Below are positions 45,950-55,174 of a stretch of DNA of 64,000 nt, one piece after another. The notes under the pieces are model-generated. The model saw only the letters and a program-made list of their open reading frames with translations. It had not been told where the DNA came from and did no database searches. The translations under genes and the position numbers were made by a program. Positions within the stretch are counted from its first letter, which is position 1. Each line of letters opens with the position of its first letter. The stretch lies in assembly GCA_033759635.1 (NCBI GenBank), contig GCA_033759635.1_4528.1; one strand, 5' to 3'. This DNA is from a phage.

Positions 45950-46972
45950 ATGGCTGAATGGATAGATAATGAATTTGCTTATCGTGCGTTTTCTCACCTC
46001 CCTCGTTTTAGACAAATCAATAATTCAAGCACATTTAAATTAACATTTCGTTGTCCAGTTTGTGGCGACTCTCAGACAGATGCAATGAAAGCCCGCGGAT
46101 GGTATTACGGTGGTACTCCAGGTAATGTGCATTGCTATAACTGCCAATATCATAATACGATTTCCGGATACTTAAAAGAGTATGACGAAGAGCTTTATCG
46201 TGAATATCTAATGGAAGTTCGTAAAGAAAAAGCTAGAATGGAACCAAAGATTGAAAAGGTTCCTGAACATAAACCAGAACCGGAGAAAAAGACTATAAAT
46301 TCTTTGCCGTCTTGTTCTCGTCTGGACAAGCTGCCTGAAGAGCATCCTATTGTGAAATATGTTAAGTCTCGGTGTATTCCTAAAGAATCATGGAACAGAT
46401 TATGGTTCACATTAGAATGGCCTAAATTGGTCAACAAGATTCAACCAGGCACGTATAAGAAAGAGATTCCAGAACCGCGTTTAGTGATTCCTATTTTTAA
46501 TAAAGACGGGAAGGCTGAGTCATTTCAAGGACGTGCACTTCGCAAAGATGCTCCTCAGAAATATATCACTATTAAAGCGTTTGAGTCTGCAACAAAAATT
46601 TATGGTGTTGAACGTGTTAAGGAAGGAGACGTCTGGGTAATGGAAGGCCCTATTGATAGTTTATTCATACCCAATGCAATCGCTATTACAGGCGGCTCAA
46701 TAGATTTAGATGTGGTACCATTTAAAGAACGTCGGGTATGGGTAATGGATAATGAACCTAGGCATCCGGATACTATAGCTCGCATGAAGCGATTAGTTGA
46801 TGCAGGCGAACGTGTCATGTTCTGGGATCGAGCTCCATGGAGATCAAAGGATGTGAATGATATGGTAATGAAAGAAAATGCAACACCACAAGAAATTTTA
46901 GAATATATGAAACAGAATATTTCAAGTGGGTTGCATGCTAAAATGAGATTGTCTCGTTATTCGAAGATTTAA
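45950..46972 (+). CDS. 61: DNA primase gp61
   Basis: 340 aa; N-terminal zinc ribbon CPVCGDS..CYNC; strong match to recalled T4 gp61. Confidence 0.9.
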   Translation: MAEWIDNEFAYRAFSHLPRFRQINNSSTFKLTFRCPVCGDSQTDAMKARGWYYGGTPGNVHCYNCQYHNTISGYLKEYDEELYREYLMEVRKEKARMEPKIEKVPEHKPEPEKKTINSLPSCSRLDKLPEEHPIVKYVKSRCIPKESWNRLWFTLEWPKLVNKIQPGTYKKEIPEPRLVIPIFNKDGKAESFQGRALRKDAPQKYITIKAFESATKIYGVERVKEGDVWVMEGPIDSLFIPNAIAITGGSIDLDVVPFKERRVWVMDNEPRHPDTIARMKRLVDAGERVMFWDRAPWRSKDVNDMVMKENATPQEILEYMKQNISSGLHAKMRLSRYSKI

Positions 46973-47166
46973 ACAAGCCCTATAATAGCAAAGGCCAAAT
47001 CAACTACAGTATCCAATGGAACAGAAGGAACTATAATACCATGGGCAACTAACAATGGTGCGATCCCGAAGTTCCATGAAATAATGCCACCTACAACTAT
47101 TGCAGCGATAGCAGTTTTCTTTTTATTGCCTTTAATAGCGTTGATTAACGATGGAAGTTTAAACAT
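46969..47166 (-). CDS. small membrane protein on opposite strand (65 aa)
   Basis: Only plausible minus-strand gene: SD AAGGAGA 5 nt upstream of ATG on minus strand; hydrophobic helices; sits in the 61-56 intergenic gap. Confidence 0.4.
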   Translation of the reverse strand: MFKLPSLINAIKGNKKKTAIAAIVVGGIISWNFGIAPLLVAHGIIVPSVPLDTVVDLAFAIIGLV

Positions 47167-47254
47167 AATATCTCCTTAGTTACCTATTATTTATTACGCT
47201 TTATAAAATTAATGTTAGAATTAACTTTCTTATACTGAATTGAAAGGAAAAATA

Positions 47255-47776
47255 ATGGCACACTTTAACGAATGTTCACAACTTATTTCTGGTGTTGATA
47301 AAGCAGAAGAAGCTTATTTTAATGCTCTGATTCACGAAGATAAAGACCCACTGCAGGTAATGCTTGATATGCAGAAATCTTTACAGGTTCGTCTGGCTAA
47401 TGACAAACCTGAACATAACAAACATCCTGATGAATTGGCCACTGCTGGTGATGTTGTTGATTGGCTGCGTAATCAGAAAGATTATATTGATGATGAATTC
47501 CGTGAACTGTTGACTTCACTTGGTGGTATGAGCAATGGTGAAAAAGCCGCCAGCAGTGTATGGAAGCCTTGGAAAGCACAACATGCTGAATATCGAAATC
47601 GTCGTATCGATGAACTGTCTCCTGAAGACCAGCTTGAAATTAAATTTGAAATGATTGATATTCTGCATTTCGTTCTAAATATGTTCCAGGGTCTAGGTCT
47701 TTCGGCTGAAGAAATCTTTAAACTTTACTACTTGAAAAACCAACACAACTTTGAACGTCAGGATAATGGGTACTAA
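47255..47776 (+). CDS. 56: dCTPase / dCTP-dCDP pyrophosphatase gp56 (MazG-like)
   Basis: 173 aa from ATG 47255; MAHFNEC...DPLQVMLDMQ...ETAGDVV.W.R.QKD.IDDEFRELLTSLG matches recalled T4 gp56. Confidence 0.85.
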   Translation: MAHFNECSQLISGVDKAEEAYFNALIHEDKDPLQVMLDMQKSLQVRLANDKPEHNKHPDELATAGDVVDWLRNQKDYIDDEFRELLTSLGGMSNGEKAASSVWKPWKAQHAEYRNRRIDELSPEDQLEIKFEMIDILHFVLNMFQGLGLSAEEIFKLYYLKNQHNFERQDNGY

Positions 47777-47782
47777 TTAAGT

Positions 47783-47790
47783 TATAAATA
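47783..47790 (+). promoter_or_regulatory. late promoter for soc
   Basis: Exact TATAAATA 32 nt upstream of soc ATG, followed by SD AAGGAG. Confidence 0.6.
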
Positions 47791-47821
47791 CACCTGTAAT
47801 TAAACAACAAAGGAGTTAATT

Positions 47822-48058
47822 ATGGGTGGTTATGTAAACATCAAAACCTTTACGCATCCTGCTGGTGAAGGTAAAGAAGTTAAAGGTATGGAAGTTTCTG
47901 TACCGTTTGAGATTTATTCAAACGAACATCGGATTGCTGATGCTCATTATCAGACTTTCCCATCTGAAAAAGCTGCTTACACTACTGTGGTGACTGACGC
48001 AGCAGATTGGCGTACTAAGAACGCTGCAATGTTTACCCCTACACCAGTAAGTGGTTAA
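47822..48058 (+). CDS. soc: small outer capsid protein Soc
   Basis: 78 aa; GYVNIKTF...AHYQTFPSEKAAY.TV matches recalled T4 Soc; exact late promoter TATAAATA upstream. Confidence 0.8.
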   Translation: MGGYVNIKTFTHPAGEGKEVKGMEVSVPFEIYSNEHRIADAHYQTFPSEKAAYTTVVTDAADWRTKNAAMFTPTPVSG

Positions 48059-48067
48059 ATAATTTAA

Positions 48068-48091
48068 GGAATCCTTCGGGATTCCTTTTTT
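48068..48091 (+). terminator. intrinsic terminator after soc
   Basis: GGAATCC-TTCG-GGATTCC followed by TTTTTT. Confidence 0.8.
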
Positions 48092-48101
48092 CGTTTCTAG
48101 A

Positions 48102-48159
48102 GTTTACATCCACTAAAAACTATGTTAAGATATTCTTACTTACTCAAGAGGAGAACATT
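48102..48159 (+). promoter_or_regulatory. early promoter-like element
   Basis: GTTTAC 48102-48107, TAAGAT 48126-48131; SD AAGAGGAGAA. Confidence 0.5.
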
Positions 48160-48387
48160 ATGTTAAATCGTTGGATTAAACCTAATAACACATTAGGCGC
48201 TTTGATTGCACAAGAAGTTTCGCTGAAATACGGTCTTGGATATTATGATGACGTAGTCGTACACTCATTCATGATGGATGGCGAAGACGTCAAATTTAAT
48301 GCCGAAATCCGTTGGGATGATGGTGGTGTTCGTTTTGTTCGAGGAACAATTAATGCTTACGATACTGAAGAAGTTATTTGCTGTTAA
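48160..48387 (+). CDS. hypothetical protein (75 aa)
   Basis: ORF track; SD AAGAGGAGAA. Confidence 0.5.
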   Translation: MLNRWIKPNNTLGALIAQEVSLKYGLGYYDDVVVHSFMMDGEDVKFNAEIRWDDGGVRFVRGTINAYDTEEVICC

Positions 48388-48400
48388 ACCAGGCGAAGGT

Positions 48401-48589
48401 ATGATGCCTATTCCTGATACACACGAAAAAAGTTGGGAATACATTGGTGACGGCATGATGGAAGAAGTTATTCGTCCTAAGTCTGCTTCAAACTCTTCAA
48501 GTTATAATCATTCTTACGTATCATCCTGGTCTGGAGATTCTGGTTCAAGTTATTCCGATTGTAGTTCGGACTCTGGGAGTTGTGATTAG
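48401..48589 (+). CDS. hypothetical Ser-rich protein (62 aa)
   Basis: Start refined to ATG 48401. Confidence 0.4.
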   Translation: MMPIPDTHEKSWEYIGDGMMEEVIRPKSASNSSSYNHSYVSSWSGDSGSSYSDCSSDSGSCD

Positions 48590-48767
48590 TGAACAGAATA
48601 GTAAAATGGTTTAAAAGCTGGAATGATGGAGTCGGACCAGAAGATTGGTTAGATGTTCTTGAAGAGAATATGGCTAAAGAATTCCAGAAACATGAAGAAA
48701 AGCTCGTCGAAGATGAAGGCGAACGTATTGTAAAACTTTATATGGGTGAACCATCGAGGAAATTATA

Positions 48768-49232
48768 ATGGATGCTATGTTATTTAAAATGTATTTGCTT
48801 GAAGCCAAGTCGTTTAAACATATACCAGTAGAAGATAAGACTCCACTAGAAATAGCTATTCTCATTAACAAAAGTCTAAATAATCCGCAATATATCGTAG
48901 AAGAATTCTGTAAATTGCAGATTCCTAAAGGTTACAAAATTCGTGTAGAGCGAGTTGGAGCTATTACTCGTTCTAAAAATTCTCCGTTTAGTCTTGAAGA
49001 AGGCATAAAGGACTTAGGGTATGAATCCACAGAAAATGCGGTTTATGTGAATCCTGAAAAGCGTTTAGACCTGTTTGAAAAGCGAGACCATACGTATTTT
49101 GCCAAAAAATACTTTATTACATCATTAGCAGATTTAATCCATTTGCAACGAGCTATTTGGAAATTTTTTAAGACAAAAGGTGTAGCACTAGAAACATTCT
49201 CTGAACCTGCTAGTTTTTATTTAGGTGAATAA
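48768..49232 (+). CDS. hypothetical protein (154 aa; positional candidate for Mrh)
   Basis: ORF track; position between soc and the ART genes. Confidence 0.5.
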   Translation: MDAMLFKMYLLEAKSFKHIPVEDKTPLEIAILINKSLNNPQYIVEEFCKLQIPKGYKIRVERVGAITRSKNSPFSLEEGIKDLGYESTENAVYVNPEKRLDLFEKRDHTYFAKKYFITSLADLIHLQRAIWKFFKTKGVALETFSEPASFYLGE

Positions 49233-49233
49233 T

Positions 49234-49413
49234 ATGGACCTTATGAGTATGTTTGATGAGCCTGAAGTCAAGGCTCCTAAAGTGCATCGTAGTGAACTTG
49301 TTGATGAACTAGATAGTATTATACAACGACACGGCTTTAGTTTACCTGTTGAAGCCCTGAAAGACCTTGCATCTTATTATGACGACCCTCCACCATGGAG
49401 TCCTTGGAAATGA
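49234..49413 (+). CDS. hypothetical protein (59 aa)
   Basis: Start refined to ATG 49234 after SD AGGTGA. Confidence 0.45.
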   Translation: MDLMSMFDEPEVKAPKVHRSELVDELDSIIQRHGFSLPVEALKDLASYYDDPPPWSPWK

Positions 49414-49574
49414 AAGAGAAATTTAAAGAGAAATTCTTACTAGAAATCAAGGAAAAAGACTTTGAGACATGGTACCGAATGGTGAAAGGGTTGACATTGC
49501 TTTTTAAAGCATCCTTATTCATGTTAGAACAACCCGGTCCTGATGGACCTTTAGTAGGAAAGCTTAAAAAGTAG
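49410..49574 (+). CDS. small ORF (54 aa)
   Basis: Not in track; ATGA overlap; read codon by codon to TAG 49572-49574. Confidence 0.35.
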   Translation: MKEKFKEKFLLEIKEKDFETWYRMVKGLTLLFKASLFMLEQPGPDGPLVGKLKK

Positions 49575-49629
49575 TTTACATTCCCTCCTCTCGTGTTATG
49601 ATAGGCTTATCTTTAAATGGAGGTCTATC
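49574..49629 (+). promoter_or_regulatory. early promoter-like element upstream of ModB-like gene
   Basis: GTTTAC 49574-49579, 17-nt spacer, TATGAT 49597-49602; SD AATGGAGGT. Confidence 0.5.
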
Positions 49630-50211
49630 ATGACATGTCAATCTGAACTTCAAGAACGTGAATATCTCGCAGCACTAATTGATGATAAATTCACTAAACA
49701 AGAACAAAACATTCTCTGGGCTTGCACTGATTATAAGGAAGACCCAGATTTCCACTATGAATTAGACCATCTTGTTCGTAAGCATATGACTTCTACAGTA
49801 CCAGTAGAACTCTATCGTGGTGTAACTCCAGAAGAAGTAGAACGTCTTTCCCTTCTTTCTGTTGGATGCCATTGGTCTCCTGGACGAGTAACATCGTTCA
49901 CAACTGATTTCAGTACAGCTCGTCAATTCTCTGGGAGATGGGAATATCAGACGTACACTATTCTTAGTCTCAGGAATGCTCCATTCATTTTTGATTACTA
50001 CCAAAACATGGTTAACATTGTACTCGCCGGAAAGAACCCTAAGCATGTTATGGAAGAAAAACGTGTTGACGTCCTAGATATGATTGAATCTGAACAAGAA
50101 TACATGGTCTCAGGTATCTCTAGATTTGAGATTGTAGAAATTGAAGACTTAGAATATGACCCTTTATCTCGACTATACAAAATCATTCATTTAAAAATGT
50201 TGAATTTTTAG
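49630..50211 (+). CDS. ADP-ribosyltransferase (R-S-E type), ModB-like by position
   Basis: 193 aa; LYRG (Arg), SFTTDFSTA (STS-like), EQEYMV (catalytic Glu) motifs; paralogue of next gene. Confidence 0.6.
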   Translation: MTCQSELQEREYLAALIDDKFTKQEQNILWACTDYKEDPDFHYELDHLVRKHMTSTVPVELYRGVTPEEVERLSLLSVGCHWSPGRVTSFTTDFSTARQFSGRWEYQTYTILSLRNAPFIFDYYQNMVNIVLAGKNPKHVMEEKRVDVLDMIESEQEYMVSGISRFEIVEIEDLEYDPLSRLYKIIHLKMLNF

Positions 50212-50268
50212 TGTACAAACTCTACCGACGATGATACTATACCTTTATCAACCACAGGAGAAACCTAA
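50211..50268 (+). promoter_or_regulatory. early promoter-like element upstream of ModA-like gene
   Basis: GTGTAC 50211-50216, TACTAT 50235-50240; SD ACAGGAGAAA. Confidence 0.45.
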
Positions 50269-50877
50269 ATGTTTATGCCGTATAATGAATGTGAAATTGA
50301 GGAAATGGTTCGACGTGCTCAATGTCCAGACTATCAGGACGAACTTCAGTACAAAATAGATGAGCAATTCAGCGACATTGAACAAAGTGTACTATGGCAA
50401 TGTATGGAAAACAAGCCTGGTAGCATTCAACAAGATTTAAGTGCAATTGTTCGTAGAAATTGGACTTCTTCTGTTCCTGAGACAATGTATCGTGGAATCT
50501 CTAAGAAAACTATGGCCACACTCGATGATAAAGGCATTGGTAGTATTATTAAATTTGATAGAGTAATGAGCTTCAGCCCGGTGTTTGGTGTAGCACGTAA
50601 CTTTGCTTCATATAATTTTTATGGAACATTTAATATGTTCTGCATCAAAGATGCACCATTTGCTTTCAACTTCCGTGAACATATGCTTAACATGATTCTG
50701 GCTGCGCCATCTTGTGAGTTCAATGGAGCTTTCCCTGAAGCGACAAGACGGTCTAATGCTAGACTTATATCTGACGAATGCGAATTTATGCTCCCTATAG
50801 GGACTACACTGCGTGTAGATTCTATTATTCAAGATGGGCGTTATACAATCTGGAATCTGTCTATTGTCGGTTACTGA
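50269..50877 (+). CDS. ADP-ribosyltransferase (R-S-E type), ModA-like by position
   Basis: 202 aa; MYRG, SFSPVFGVA, ECEFML motifs. Confidence 0.6.
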   Translation: MFMPYNECEIEEMVRRAQCPDYQDELQYKIDEQFSDIEQSVLWQCMENKPGSIQQDLSAIVRRNWTSSVPETMYRGISKKTMATLDDKGIGSIIKFDRVMSFSPVFGVARNFASYNFYGTFNMFCIKDAPFAFNFREHMLNMILAAPSCEFNGAFPEATRRSNARLISDECEFMLPIGTTLRVDSIIQDGRYTIWNLSIVGY

Positions 50878-50951
50878 CTGAATTGGAATAACCGGATGGA
50901 ACTCAGAACCATTATAACACATAAAAAATTAAAGCATTTTACGAAAAAAGA

Positions 50952-51029
50952 GTGTACACTACCTGAGGGCATGATATTATAAGCTTATCAGCTAAATGAC
51001 CTAACGTCCGTAAGACAGAGGAAAATATT
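50952..51029 (+). promoter_or_regulatory. early promoter-like element
   Basis: GTGTAC 50952-50957, 17-nt spacer, TATTAT 50975-50980. Confidence 0.45.
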
Positions 51030-51776
51030 ATGTTATCAAATAATAAAATTAACAAAATCAATCGTCGTCTTGACCACACCAGAGCTTCTGCGAAGAGACG
51101 CTCTAAGGATTTTAACTTAGACTTTAATTACCTTAAAAACATTCTTGATCAAAAGGTCTGCGCTTATTCAGGTGAATCTTTTAATAACTCTGTTGAAGGT
51201 GAGAAATTATCCTTAGAACGTTTTAATAACGATATCGGCTACATTAAAGGTAATGTTATCCCAGTTAAGAAAAAATATAACACGGCTCGTTCTGATTTAA
51301 CATTAGAAGAACTTATTGAGAAACGTGATGCCATTGCAAGACGTATCGCTAATCCTTCTGCCCGTAAAGTAGAGAAACTTAATCTCGACGAGAAGAAATG
51401 GGCCCAAATCAAAAAGGTTTATGGTACTATTTTAAAAATCCGAGCAAAACGTGAAAATCGTGTTAAGCATATGGCGAACATGATGAAAAATCAACCTTTA
51501 TCTAATGAATCTAAACTTAGAATTGTTGCTTTGAAAGCACGCATTAACGGCTCACATCAAGCAGAAGGCCATGAACTTACTAAACTCAACGTTCTTCTTA
51601 AAGGCTCTGACTGGAAAACTAAAACTAAATTAACTGACGCTGAATCGCTTTTCGATACATATGATAAAGTTATCCAAGGTCTGCAACGTTTTGAAAAGAT
51701 TGGTTTCATTGGTAAATTAAAATTGAAACGTGGCTTACCACTTAGCGCATCATTATTCCAACTGATTAAAGGTTAA
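51030..51776 (+). CDS. hypothetical basic protein (248 aa; positional equivalent of T4 srd)
   Basis: ORF track; position upstream of dda.1/dda; sequence identity not verified. Confidence 0.5.
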   Translation: MLSNNKINKINRRLDHTRASAKRRSKDFNLDFNYLKNILDQKVCAYSGESFNNSVEGEKLSLERFNNDIGYIKGNVIPVKKKYNTARSDLTLEELIEKRDAIARRIANPSARKVEKLNLDEKKWAQIKKVYGTILKIRAKRENRVKHMANMMKNQPLSNESKLRIVALKARINGSHQAEGHELTKLNVLLKGSDWKTKTKLTDAESLFDTYDKVIQGLQRFEKIGFIGKLKLKRGLPLSASLFQLIKG

Positions 51777-51778
51777 TT

Positions 51779-52090
51779 ATGGTTTATGTATATGCAATAG
51801 TTTATCGAGATATGGAAGGATTTACTGTCCCGGTTCCACTTGATGAGCATCGTCCTGCAGTATTTTTTAGAAAGGATATTGCAGATAAAGTTTTCGATAC
51901 TTTGAAAACACAGTATAAAACAGATTTAAAAATGGGAGTTCTAAGAATGGTCGAAACTCCGCGTAAGTTCTGGTTTAATAAGCTTGAAATGAAACACATT
52001 AAACTAGATGCGGAGACGCAAAGATTGTATCAACGAATTCTAGATACTGGCCGTATTATTAGTATTCCAATTGCAGGGACTTTACGATGA
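51779..52090 (+). CDS. hypothetical protein (103 aa; dda.1 position)
   Basis: ORF track. Confidence 0.5.
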   Translation: MVYVYAIVYRDMEGFTVPVPLDEHRPAVFFRKDIADKVFDTLKTQYKTDLKMGVLRMVETPRKFWFNKLEMKHIKLDAETQRLYQRILDTGRIISIPIAGTLR

Positions 52091-53400
52091 CATTTGATGA
52101 TTTGACCGAAGGCCAGAAAAACGCCTTCAACGTTGTTATGAAAGCTATTAAAGAAAAGAAACATCACGTAACTATTAATGGGCCTGCCGGTACAGGTAAA
52201 ACAACCCTTACTAGATTCATCGTTGAAGCCCTTATTTCTTCTGGAGAATCAGGTATTATTTTAGCAGCCCCTACACACGCTGCTAAAAAGGTTCTAAGCA
52301 AACTTGCAGGTCAAGAAGCATCGACTATTCATAGCATTCTTAAAATCAACCCAACTACATACGAAGAAAACGTGTTATTTGAACAGAAAAAGGTTCCCGA
52401 CTTAGCCTTGTGTCGTGTACTGTTATTTGATGAAGCATCAATGTGTGACCGTTCTCTGTTTAAAATAATGTTAGCTAGTATCCCTAAATGGTGCACAGTA
52501 ATTGGAATTGGCGACCGATGTCAGATTAGACCTGTAGACCCAGGCGAATCAACTGCGTATCTAAGTCCTTTCTTCACTCACAAAGACTTCGTGCAATGCA
52601 ACCTTACAGAAGTTAAACGTAGCAATGCGCCAATTATTGATGTTGCGACCGATATTCGTAATGGCAAATGGATTTACGATAAAGTAGTTGATGGGCACGG
52701 TGTTCATGGATATACAGACCTTAAATCGTATATGATGAACTATTTTAACGTCGTTAAAACTCCTGAAGACCTTTTCGAAAATCGAATGATGGCATTCACA
52801 AATAAGTCGGTGGATAAGTTGAATTCAATTATTCGCCGAAAACTTCTCGAAACAGAAAAGCCATTTATTAAAGATGAAGTCATTGTTCTACAAGAGCCGT
52901 TTACCAAGACGTATAAGCTAGATGGCAAAAATATGACCGAAATGCTTTTCAATAACGGGCAATTCGTTCGTATTCGGGATGCTGTAGAAACGTCTACATT
53001 CGTTAAAGCACGTGGTGTTTCAGGCGAATATATGATACGATACTGGAATCTTACAGTAGAAACATATGGCGACGATGATGAATACGTCCGCGAGGATATA
53101 AAGGTTATTTCTTCTGAAGAAGAGCTTTATAAATTCAATTTGTTTTTGGCTAAGACTGCAGAAACATACAAATTCTGGAATAAAGGTGGTAAAGCTCCAT
53201 GGAGTGAATTCTGGGATGCTAAACGTATGTTCACTAAGGTGAAGGCACTACCAGTATCAACCTTCCATAAGGCCCAGGGTATGTCTGTTGGCACGGCCTT
53301 TGTTTATACACCGTGTATCCATTATGCCGATTCAGAATTAGCTAAACAGTTATTGTATGTCGGCACAACTCGTGGTCGTTTTGACGTCCATTTTATTTGA
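52087..53400 (+). CDS. dda: DNA helicase Dda (SF1)
   Basis: 437 aa; Walker A GPAGTGKTT; extensive match to recalled T4 Dda. Confidence 0.9.
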   Translation: MTFDDLTEGQKNAFNVVMKAIKEKKHHVTINGPAGTGKTTLTRFIVEALISSGESGIILAAPTHAAKKVLSKLAGQEASTIHSILKINPTTYEENVLFEQKKVPDLALCRVLLFDEASMCDRSLFKIMLASIPKWCTVIGIGDRCQIRPVDPGESTAYLSPFFTHKDFVQCNLTEVKRSNAPIIDVATDIRNGKWIYDKVVDGHGVHGYTDLKSYMMNYFNVVKTPEDLFENRMMAFTNKSVDKLNSIIRRKLLETEKPFIKDEVIVLQEPFTKTYKLDGKNMTEMLFNNGQFVRIRDAVETSTFVKARGVSGEYMIRYWNLTVETYGDDDEYVREDIKVISSEEELYKFNLFLAKTAETYKFWNKGGKAPWSEFWDAKRMFTKVKALPVSTFHKAQGMSVGTAFVYTPCIHYADSELAKQLLYVGTTRGRFDVHFI

Positions 53401-53409
53401 GAGAAAATT

Positions 53410-54087
53410 ATGAGCACTGATGTTATTATAGATTTTGAAACATTCGGCAATACGTCAAAAGCTGCTGTTATTGACCTTGCGGTTATTGCATATAATTCGG
53501 ACCCTGAAGTTGTTGAAACATTTGAAGAACTTGTTCAACGAGGTAAGCGAATTAAATTTAATTTAGCTTCTCAAAAAGGGAAGCGAGTTTTCGCTAAATC
53601 CACTATGAAATGGTGGAAAGAACAATCAGCAGAAGCACGTAAAAACCTGGCCCCGTCTGAAGACGATGTCACTACGCTTGAAGGCATTAAAATCTTTTTA
53701 GATTATTGTCGAGCTAATAAAGTTGACCAATGGAAATCACAGATGTGGTGCCGTGGTATGAGCTTTGACTTCCCGATCTTGGTCGATTTGATTCGTGACC
53801 TCTATCGTGATGAAGGTGTTCTTGAACCAGATATTGATACCGATAAATTAGAACCTGTTAAATTCTGGGCTCAACGTGATATTCGTACGGCAATCGAAGC
53901 TTACTCGTTGACACGAGGATTAAGTATGTGTCCATTACCGATGGGTACGCTAAAAGGATTCGTTGCCCATGATAGTATTCACGATTGTGCTAAAGATATT
54001 TTGATGTTAAAATATGCTCAGCGTTATGCGCTTGGCCTTGAAGATGTCCCTGAGAATCCTGACCCGTTAAGTGTAAAACAGCGATAA
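53410..54087 (+). CDS. dexA: exonuclease A (DEDD family)
   Basis: 225 aa; N-terminal IIDFETFG exonuclease motif; position after dda. Confidence 0.8.
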   Translation: MSTDVIIDFETFGNTSKAAVIDLAVIAYNSDPEVVETFEELVQRGKRIKFNLASQKGKRVFAKSTMKWWKEQSAEARKNLAPSEDDVTTLEGIKIFLDYCRANKVDQWKSQMWCRGMSFDFPILVDLIRDLYRDEGVLEPDIDTDKLEPVKFWAQRDIRTAIEAYSLTRGLSMCPLPMGTLKGFVAHDSIHDCAKDILMLKYAQRYALGLEDVPENPDPLSVKQR

Positions 54088-54092
54088 AAACA

Positions 54093-54152
54093 GTTTACAA
54101 CCAAGGATGGTTGGAGTATAATGAATCTATCTTAACCAAACAGGAAAACATT
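54093..54152 (+). promoter_or_regulatory. promoter cassette, family B
   Basis: GTTTACAACCAAGGATGGTTGGAGTATAAT (TATAAT 54117-54122). Confidence 0.55.
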
Positions 54153-54647
54153 ATGAATATCAATACCACGGCTACTTACATCCTGAAAGATGAAAAACAA
54201 ATCAACTGGTACGGTGCTTCAGTGCGAGCTTATGAAAAGTTTTGTGAAATTTTAGGTGCCACTCAAGGTAATAGTTTCACTATTGTTAACTTCATCAAAC
54301 AAGTTGAAGGCCCTTGGTTATTCTTAGAAATTAAAAATTCATATGGTACAATTTCTACTACCGCCATTCCAAGCACCGACTTTGAACTGTTGATTGAAGA
54401 AGTAGAACCCGTTAAAGATATCTGTATTGATATGGATATCACTTGTATGTACGGTACTCTGATTAAGCCTATTGAGCCTACTGATTTGTTGTGTAAATAT
54501 GTTTCAATTCGACGCCCATTCGCTGGTCCAGTAAATGGATGGGTAACTGACCAATGGATTGAAGACGGTGTTGAACTTCTGAACGTTGTTCATGCAGGTG
54601 ATTTTAGTGTAGTTCCACGTAGTGCTGTGGTTAATATCCTTAATTAA
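54153..54647 (+). CDS. hypothetical protein, member 1 of tandem paralogue family (164 aa)
   Basis: C-terminal GWVTDQWIEDGVELLNVVHAGDFSVVP shared with the next two genes. Confidence 0.55.
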   Translation: MNINTTATYILKDEKQINWYGASVRAYEKFCEILGATQGNSFTIVNFIKQVEGPWLFLEIKNSYGTISTTAIPSTDFELLIEEVEPVKDICIDMDITCMYGTLIKPIEPTDLLCKYVSIRRPFAGPVNGWVTDQWIEDGVELLNVVHAGDFSVVPRSAVVNILN

Positions 54648-54650
54648 TGT

Positions 54651-54709
54651 TGTACATCCAAGGACGGATGGAGTATAATGAATTCAACTTAAACAAAGAG
54701 AGAGAAATT
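54651..54709 (+). promoter_or_regulatory. promoter cassette, family B variant
   Basis: TGTACATCCAAGGACGGATGGAGTATAAT (TATAAT 54674-54679). Confidence 0.5.
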
Positions 54710-55165
54710 ATGATTACTATTGGTGAAATTAAGCGTGTATCATCTGCATCTCGTTCTAAAGCTGCAGGTCGTCTGGTTGAAGTTGTCGGACTTCGTACTA
54801 ATGGTACTGGACGTGTTAAAGAAGTTAAAGTTCGAATCATTCCTAGTTCCGGAAAAACTGAAACTCAGTACGCTTACGTAAGTCCTAAATTCTTGGAAAC
54901 TCATGTGAGCGCTCATTTTGCTTCTACTGAACCTAATGTACAGTTCAAATGGGCCTTGTGTAAAGGTGTTGAATTCCAGACTGATAAAGAATTTGACTTC
55001 ATCGATGAATACGGTTATCCAAGCAAAACTGATACTATGTGCGGCTTCATTAGTGACCAATGGGTTGAAGATGGTGAAAAGTTATACAATATCGTATTCT
55101 TAGGTGACTTCCGAGTTGTTAAAGAATCTGAAATCACTCGCTATGTGTCTCCTCGTAAAGCTTAA
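54710..55165 (+). CDS. hypothetical protein, member 2 of tandem paralogue family (151 aa)
   Basis: SASRSKAAGRLVEV and FISDQWVEDGEKLYNIVFLGDFRVV shared with member 3. Confidence 0.55.
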   Translation: MITIGEIKRVSSASRSKAAGRLVEVVGLRTNGTGRVKEVKVRIIPSSGKTETQYAYVSPKFLETHVSAHFASTEPNVQFKWALCKGVEFQTDKEFDFIDEYGYPSKTDTMCGFISDQWVEDGEKLYNIVFLGDFRVVKESEITRYVSPRKA

Positions 55166-55174
55166 GGAATTATT

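Noticed and set aside
47774-47822. SD-sequestering hairpin upstream of soc
   Set aside because: Only a weak A/T-only 7-bp inverted repeat (TAATTAA / TTAATTA) is present; not convincing without folding calculations.
48589-48768. Possible 59-codon ORF from GTG 48589 (or 32 codons from ATG 48670) between the Ser-rich ORF and the 48768 gene
   Set aside because: Start codon ambiguous, only a weak SD (GGGAG about 10 nt upstream), and no recognisable motif; left unannotated.
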